A DNA stretch of 64,000 nucleotides from the human T2T-CHM13v2.0 reference genome, Homo sapiens. Shown here piece after piece: positions 56,805-64,000 of the stretch. The notes beneath the pieces are model-generated. The model was not told the DNA's origin, did not search any database, and saw only the letters and a program-made list of their open reading frames with translations. The position numbers and the translations under genes were made by a program. The stretch lies in the NCBI RefSeq assembly GCF_009914755.1, contig NC_060934.1; one strand, given 5' to 3'. Each line of letters starts with the position of its first letter. The first letter of the stretch is position 1.

Positions 56805-57040
56805 AAATAATCATAAAAAGTCACAGCCTCCCCATACAAGACATGCATCTGTGTCTGCCTTATACAGCACTAACTAAGCGCCATGCACCATTTAAAGTAC
56901 TACAATCCTCATGGAAGCTAGCTAAGGGGCTACTAGTGTCTTCCTCATATCTAGATGAGGAAACTGAGGCACAGGTAGATGAGATCACCTGCTTGTAGAC
57001 ACGCTGCTAATAAGTGGTGGAGATAGGCTGCTCTCAGCCC
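56805..57040 (-). mobile_element. MIR SINE
   Basis: agatgaggaaactgaggcacag...tgctaataagtggtggag. Confidence 0.7.
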
Positions 57041-57127
57041 TGCAACTGCACTGTCTCACTCAGCCACAGAGGGACAGAGAGTTTTGTGCCTCTCTCCTCT
57101 CACTCTGTGCTCCTTTCCTGGGTAAGA

Positions 57128-57340
57128 GCTCCTCCACTCAGGGCAATTTTGCCTTCAGGGAATGGTTAACAAACTCTGGAGACATTTTTGGTCACAACTA
57201 GGGGAGGAGAGTGCTGCTGGCATCTAGTGGGTAGAGGCCAGGGATGCTGCTCAACATCTTACCATGCACAGGACAGCCCCCATGGCCAAGAATTATCCAG
57301 CCCCCAATGCCAATCATGCTGAGGCTGACAAACCCTGCTC
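57128..57340. mobile_element. MER20 hAT-Charlie relic
   Basis: ctggagacatttttggt...ggcatctagtgggtagaggccagggatgctgct...tgcacaggacagccccc..aagaattatccagccc. Confidence 0.9.
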
Positions 57341-58859
57341 TGGGGAATGCATTGGCACCCAAGCTCCCCTTCCTGTCTATCTCCTCTTCCACTGGCTGAG
57401 AACTGGGTGATGATGAAAGCTACAGACCAGGGGAAAGAGAAGAGGAGGAGGCAGGAGGTAGCTTACTGGCCAGAGGAGATGGCACCCCACATTGTGGGAC
57501 TTGATGCTTTCACAATACTGGTGGTGGTCACGGCAGGGTACGTCCTCTGTTAATGAGTTAACCTCTCTTAATGAACCAACACGAGGGGTGGGTTAATGAA
57601 CGCAAGATTTCTATGCTGGTACTGTGTAGGTGGCAGGTGGGAGAGAGGTCTGGGACACCAAAACATTGAGTGGAACAGGACATTTTGAATTTTTGGAAAC
57701 AGAACTTGAGTGGAAATTCCACCATGGGGCCTTCAGAAATAGAAAACCCAGAGCCAGAAGGCTAGATCCCAGTGCAGACTTCCAGCTCGAGGAACAAAAA
57801 AACCTCCAATTGACTTTTTGTGAAGCTGACATTTTTGACATTTACAGCAAGGCAAAGACAACCAACCAGAGCCTGGGGTGGGTACTGTAGAGTATTAGAC
57901 CGGGCAAAGTGAAAAGGGGTCAGTGGGGTTAAGGTCATGCCCTCAGCTGACAAGGAAGCTGCATGAGCCCTGCCATTTCTCCTGCAAGTGCCCTGAAATT
58001 TTTCTTCTGCTAATTCTTATTACATAGGGGGGAAAATATGATGGGTTCCTGGAGAACCCATCTTGGGAGTGAGTACCTGCACCCCACTCTGTGGCTGTTC
58101 CTGGTGTGACCGGACTCTGAGATGAGCCTGCAAACCCCTGCCCCAGCCACCTGCACCACTCACCTCCACGGCAGCAGGGTGGGGGGGTGGTCCTGGCAGC
58201 CACGGGGCCAGCACTCGCTGGCCCTCATATTCACAGTCCCAGAGCCCCAGTTCTTATCAACAAATCCATGATCCTATGGCCTGTCTTCATTGCCCATAAG
58301 CCACCCAAATATCCTGAACATCCCACCATAGCGACATCATCTCTCAGACTTCCATGCATTCCCAGAAATGGCTCCAAGTCAGACCACACAGGCTACTTTT
58401 TGTTACTACATTGACACTGGTTCCTGTAATCCCTGTGGTCCAGTGGTCTAGCCATAGGGCTCCCCAGGCCTCGAGGTTCATGCTAACGGAAAGCTTGTCT
58501 ACTCAGGAACCTCTGTGAGACCTGTTGGGAGTCAGCCTAGAGTTAAGCTCCTCTTATACTGGCTCTGCTCCTTTCCATGCTAAGCCCATCTTTGCCCTTC
58601 TCCCACAACTTGCTCAGGGTGGACCTGCAAATAAGACTGGTGCACATCCAAGATGCTGACTTGGGTGTGGTCCAGGTGAGCAGGCTCACCATGATAAAAA
58701 AAGCCACATCTCTACCTGGCCTCTCTCTTGTACCTCTTGCTGCAGGCTGAAAGAGGCTGTGGCCCCTTGGGATTGGTCACTTCTTTCTCAAGCATCCTGT
58801 TTTCTGCATCCTCGGGTCTGGCCTGAACTTGCGTGTGCCTCTCCTGTGGCCATCTCTCC

Positions 58860-59345
58860 TCCTGTAGCGATGGCAGTGTGCTGATTAGCCAAGTATCAGA
58901 CATGTAACTAATGGCCCCTTCATAGATAGTTTATTTCTTTCTTGTATTACAGCTGGAATATAGGAAGTCTGGAGATCTTACAGGGGGTTTCCTTCCATCA
59001 AGGCTCTTTCAATCTTTTCATTTCACCATGCATGGCCGCTACTCCTAAGACAACCTCAAGGTCCCACGGTCCCATATGGCTGCTACAGCACCAGCCATCA
59101 TGCCTGAATACCAGGTTGCAGGAGGGAAGGAGAGCTGAAGAGGGAGCAAAGGGTATGAGTCCAGTGTCTTTTAAAGAAGGTACTAGAGGTGGTCACTTCC
59201 ATTTGCATGTCGTTGACAAGAACTTAGTCAAGCATCAAAGGAAGCTGTGAAATGTGATCTTTCATTTGGGCGGGCAGATAACAATTAGGGTTGTATTAGC
59301 AAGGAAACAAAGGAGAAACAGTATTAGGAGACAAATAACAGCCTC
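58860..59345 (-). mobile_element. Old MLT1 LTR
   Basis: atatggctgctacagcaccagccatca...caggttgcaggagggaagga...aagaacttagtca...ggaagctgtgaaatgt. Confidence 0.6.
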
Positions 59346-60059
59346 TGATATAGTGGGCAGCTTGAGCCAGGGTCTGCCCCCACGGAGCCTGCCAACTTTC
59401 TCCCTATGCACAGCTGAGTACATATTAGCACCAAAATTTGACTTCCAAGGTGAGGGAAGTAGGAGGTCTCACTGAGGTCTCCTTGCCTAAGCCCTTTGTT
59501 CCCAACAGCCTTTCCTTTTCTGAGGTTCCAGATGCTGCTCCATCACCAACCAGGAGAAATGGCTCAACCACTCCCAGCCCTAGCTTGCACACCTGAAGTG
59601 GAAGAGTAAGCTACTGTGTTCACCTGGTCATTGGGAGAGGCTTGGAGGTCAGCGTTTGTAACACTAGGATATGGTGGCATTTTCGCATTTTTTCCCTCCT
59701 CCTCAATGCCGCTGAGACCAGCCTTCATCCCCTTCATGATGAAGTTTCATGACTGTTTATCTAAAGGTAAAGGCCCTGCATGTGCCAGAACTATTGCTTA
59801 GACTCTCAAGCAGGGACACTGGGACCCCCTTCTCCTCCTCACCTCATGGAAGGAGGCTTTAACATGCAAGATCTATGAAAGTATCCAGCTCTTGGTGTAA
59901 GTAAAACAAAACAGATCATCCCACTCATGGTAGGACGCTTTGCAGGTAATTGCCAACCCTGGAAATTCACACCCACCCATCAACATTCAGCACAAATGTC
60001 CTCTCCCTCCCCTTCTCCCTTGCTTGAACTAGTTAGAACTCCCACTTCCTCTGATGGCA

Positions 60060-60480
60060 TTTTGTACATTCATTTATTCCAGCACTTGCCTCACTGTTTG
60101 TGGACAGCTCTTCAATTTATCTAACCACCCATTTATCCATCCATCCATCCATCCAATCAGCAAGTATTTACTAAGCACCAGATACTACTGGGGAGACAGA
60201 GTCAAACAAGGGCACTGTCTTGACTTCCATGGACCCCCACCCCAGCCCATAGAAAGCAACATCCATGAGGTGGAGGCATTTCAAGGAAGAAGAATGGGCT
60301 TGCCAAGAGGGGCACTGACCTCAGTCTTCTGAGTGCACTGGGAAGATCCTCCAGGGCAGCTGGGCTTCCGGCTCCAAGAGCCTAGCCATGAGGCAAGCAG
60401 GGGAGATGGGCCTGCCCAGGGAGAGAGTGGCAGGAGTGGACATATGGGAGGACATATGGTGTGGCACAAGGCAGCTGCTT
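60060..60480 (-). mobile_element. L2 fragment
   Basis: catccatccatcc..cagcaagtatttactaagcacc... Confidence 0.55.
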
Positions 60481-60519
60481 CATACACAGTCATCATCACT
60501 GAGTGGAACGGTGAGTTCA

Positions 60520-60770
60520 ATAGGGTGATAACAGTAATATCACGTATTATTGAGAAAAAGTATTGATTACATGCCAGGCACTGTAATACATGCCATGAAC
60601 CATTGTTTCACTGAATCCTCTGAACAGTCTTGTGAGAAGAGAACTGTTATCTCTGCTTTACAGATGAGGAAACAGTTTAGCACTTTTGAGGAATGTGTCA
60701 GGGCCACACAGCTAGTGAAAGGCAGATCTCAGCCCAGAAGCTACTGACTCTGCAGCCCTTGCTGTCACTC
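60520..60770 (-). mobile_element. MIR SINE
   Basis: atgccaggcactgt...ttacagatgaggaaac...gccacacagctagt. Confidence 0.8.
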
Positions 60771-61094
60771 CTGGGCTGCACCCCCAACCACCAAGGAGTC
60801 CATCATGGAGAGGAGGGAGAGTGGGGGAAAAGGGGCAGTCAGCCTTACGTTGCACCAAGCCCAAGGCAAAGGGGAGCCTCTGAAGGCCACTGAGCAGAAG
60901 GATCACATCTCACTCTTAACCTGGACTGGGAGCTCTTAGGTGGCGCAGTCTGAGTGTCATTCGTCGTTAGGCCCTCGACACCCAGCACACTGCCTAGTAC
61001 ACAGAGTGTTTGCTGCAGCATGGCTGAAAAAAAAACCAGTCCTTCAATGAATGAACAAACCAACATGGTGTTGCCAAACTTCAGAATCAAAGAA

Positions 61095-61600
61095 TATCTG
61101 CTAGGATTCGATTTAGCAGTATATGACAGAAAACCCATAATCGTGGCTTAAATAAGATGGCAGTTTATTTGCTCTTTTGCAAAGAGGTCCATAGACATGC
61201 AGCCCAGGATTGGCATAGTGTTTCCATAGGCTCTGGGACTAATTCTATAATTTCACTGCCCAATCATTTCAGCACATGGCTCCTATTATGTAGGTCACCT
61301 CAAGACCTAAAACAGGTGCTGGAGCTCCAGTCATCACATCTCCATTCCAGGTAGTAAAAAGTAGAAAAGTTAGAAAAGTAAGGAGTAAGGTCTTCACCAT
61401 CCATTTTAAAAAGACTTCCCAAAGTTATCACTCAACTTCTGCTTATATCTCATTGGCCAGAACCTAGTCACTTATTCCCCTTCTGGTCCCCAAAGACGCT
61501 GAGAGTAATAGTCCTTTTATCGTGGCCATTGCTGCCCTACATACATGTTGTTATTAAGGAGGAGAAGGAGGATGCATGTTGTGGAAGGCAATCTGCAACC
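61095..61600 (-). mobile_element. Old MLT1 LTR
   Basis: gtggcttaaataagat..gtttattt...gctccagtcatcacatc..cattccagg...cttctgcttatatctcattggccagaac. Confidence 0.7.
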
Positions 61601-63689
61601 TTTGCCTCTAGAAGTGAATGACTTTGTGCAAACCTGCGCACACATGGAATCTCTTCCTGGTGAAGGAAATGCCCCTTCACCTCCTGGGGAAACAGTTATC
61701 TTAGGGAACTCCAGGAAGAGGAGGACTTGGCAGCTATTTGAGAAGATTACATCTGCCTGATAAAAGGTGCTGAACTCCCATGATTGCCTATGAGAACAGA
61801 AGATAGGAGCCCTTGGCTGTCTCCGGGCTGCTGTCCCCAGCTGTGGGGGCCCCCTTATCATTGCCAGAGGAGAGTCAGCTTGACAAGACCCATTAAAGGG
61901 ACCCAGCTGGGATTCCACTGGCATTCTGGAGCTGGATGTTCAGAACCACCTGCCTTCAGACAGAGAAGTCCTGGGCCAGAGCATTCCTCCCTGGGCAACC
62001 ACGTGCCCACTGGAGAGTTTTAAAGCTGATAGAAAGGGTGAGTCGATGGGCCATGCACACCAGCCAAGTTCAAAGGCACCTCCACAGTGGAATAAAGACA
62101 TTGTGAAAAAGTCACAAAGAGACGCTAATTCTCTCTTACCTCATACCTAAAGCTGATGCAGCCTATGGAGCCGTGGCAGGAAGCCCCACAAGCCACTGAG
62201 CCAAGGCCTGTAGCTGGAGAAGGCATGCAGAGAACATGAAGTGGTGGCTGCAATGCTCTCAAAGGAATGGGGAGATGGGACCAGGGTCTGGACCTGGCTC
62301 GTTGATGGCACTGACTCTGCGTTTCCCTGGGGTAATGCCGAGAGAGCCATCGCAGGGCAGTCTCACTGCTGCTTTCTTCTTCTCCCTTGGCCACTGGTCC
62401 CCTACCATTTTGGCCAGTGGCCATGTTCTCTTTGTCTGGCAGGAAAACCACTGTACACTTAGAGTTTTGAACAGTCTTTCATTTGTTACCAATAGGGAGG
62501 CCAAGTAGGGCTTATTCTTGTGCCCATTTTGCAGATGATTGAGGTGAGAGAGTTAAGATATCTATCCAAACTCACCAGGCATGAAGCTGAAACTAGGCTC
62601 TGTCTGTCTAACATTTAAGGAGGAGGCTGTCAGTAAGACAAGTGGACTTGGGAGGAAGAACCCCTCTCCCAGCAAGGCCCACACTCATTGACCGCCATCT
62701 CCTAAATTTGAAACTCAGCTGACATGAATAATGAGATATAGTCAGCACCTGCTCCTCCCTGGTCTCAGGTGTTTCCCCAGCTTTCCTGCCTGGGGCTCGG
62801 GACTGGTGATACCCAGAGATGGACACCTGTGGAATCATGTGCATGGCCAGCTTTGTGGTCAGCTGGTGTGAGCCAGCACCAGCCTCTGTCCCTAGCCTCT
62901 CTGCCAGTAGCCAGGGGAATGATGGGATGACATCCATCTCTGTCCTGACAGGGCAGGTGAGGAGCAGAGGCAGATGGCAATAAAGGTCAGTGCTAATTCC
63001 CACATGCCTGCAACTGGATTGAGGAGGATGGGACCTCGCAGATCCCCACAGCCCACTGTACCAGCAGCAGCACAAACACAGCAGCCAAATCTCCACTATC
63101 AGCAACCTTGGGTTCTCAAGAGCCCTTTCAAATGCAAATATTTCTGTAAGAGGGAATCACCTGGAGTGCCAGAATCTTCAGTTTCCGCCTCTGTAAAATA
63201 GGTATGAAAACCTCTCCGACTCAGGGCAAGGAGGCTGAGAGGCTGCAGGAGAAATTGCCAGCACAGAGGCTGGACAGTCTGTAACCCTGAAATGTTTGGG
63301 TTCATGAATCTGTGAAATGAGCATGGCAGTTTTGGGGTCAGGGCAAGGAAGGGCACAGGACGCCTGAGGTAGGTGAGCTGCCAGTCCTCTGTGCAGGGCC
63401 ATCCTGTCCCCATGCCCACCCCCAGTGCCCACCTGATACCCCCCAGCCAGTCTGTCCATGCAGGGTTCTAGACCAGGGGTCTCTTCTTTGGGGCTGTAGT
63501 TGTTGGGGTCAGGGGCTGGTGAGGAGATGGGGGAGGGACTAGCCAAAGAGCTGGGAATGGATGTGTGGGAGCAAGAAGGATGCTGCCCTGGAAAGGAGTC
63601 AGAGAGTGAGATCCAACTGGCCTGAGGCAGAAACCAACAAACCAGCCCCCTACCCAAGCACCAGCCTCCACCATCATCAATGTGGAAAA

Positions 63690-63860
63690 ATGTGCTTTGG
63701 ATTTTATAAAGCATTTCCACATATTTGATCTAATTTGATTTACTCTAAGGTATACATTATAATCCATTTTGCAGATGAGGAAAGTGAGGCTCAGAGAAGA
63801 CCCCACAGCTGGTGAGGGATAAAGCAAAGCCAGGTCTCCTTCCACCCTGTGCTCTCTACT
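63690..63860 (-). mobile_element. MIR SINE (another at ~62460-62610)
   Basis: ccattttgcagatgaggaaagtgaggctcagaga. Confidence 0.75.
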
Positions 63861-63958
63861 TGCAAACTACAATCTCTGGTTCCAGGAAACAACAGACCAC
63901 ACCTGTAAAGGGATTGTGGAGAAGAAAGGAGAAAAAGTCTACTAAAGGAGCTGGATAC

Positions 63959-63961
<3 letters not shown>

Positions 63962-63991
<30 letters not shown>
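63962..63991. repeat. (GT)15 microsatellite
   Basis: Directly visible. Confidence 0.95.
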
Positions 63992-63993
<2 letters not shown>

Positions 63994-64000
63994 TTGTGTG

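Overview
Primate (most likely human) non-coding genomic DNA, intronic or intergenic, dominated by interspersed repeats. No host protein-coding gene, RNA gene or CRISPR array could be supported, and I could not identify the locus. Bases 1-5867 are a nearly full-length, retrotransposition-dead L1PA3/L1PA4-type LINE-1 on the minus strand, with ORF1 and ORF2 both broken. It keeps the 129-bp ZNF93-target segment of the 5'UTR and an intact antisense ORF0 that reads out of the element into flanking DNA. The rest is a mosaic of Alus, MIRs, L2, old L1M fragments, MaLR solo LTRs (THE1, MST, MLT1), LTR16 and hAT/mariner relics (MER5, MER20, MER63, MER94, MADE1), plus microsatellites and a few repeat-free, motif-dense blocks that may be enhancers or a promoter. 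The most interesting signals are: (i) the L1 antisense-promoter/ORF0 unit pointing into the window, with an in-phase candidate downstream exon; (ii) several local templated-copy events, namely a ~110-bp copy inside a MIR, a 38-bp copy, a SOX-site duplication in the L1 promoter and a fold-back in an MST LTR; and (iii) two back-to-back THE1 LTRs sharing a non-canonical end. Repeat subfamily names come from my recall of consensus sequences, not from a search, and boundaries of old repeats are approximate. Nothing here amounts to a demonstrated new system; the findings are testable hypotheses.
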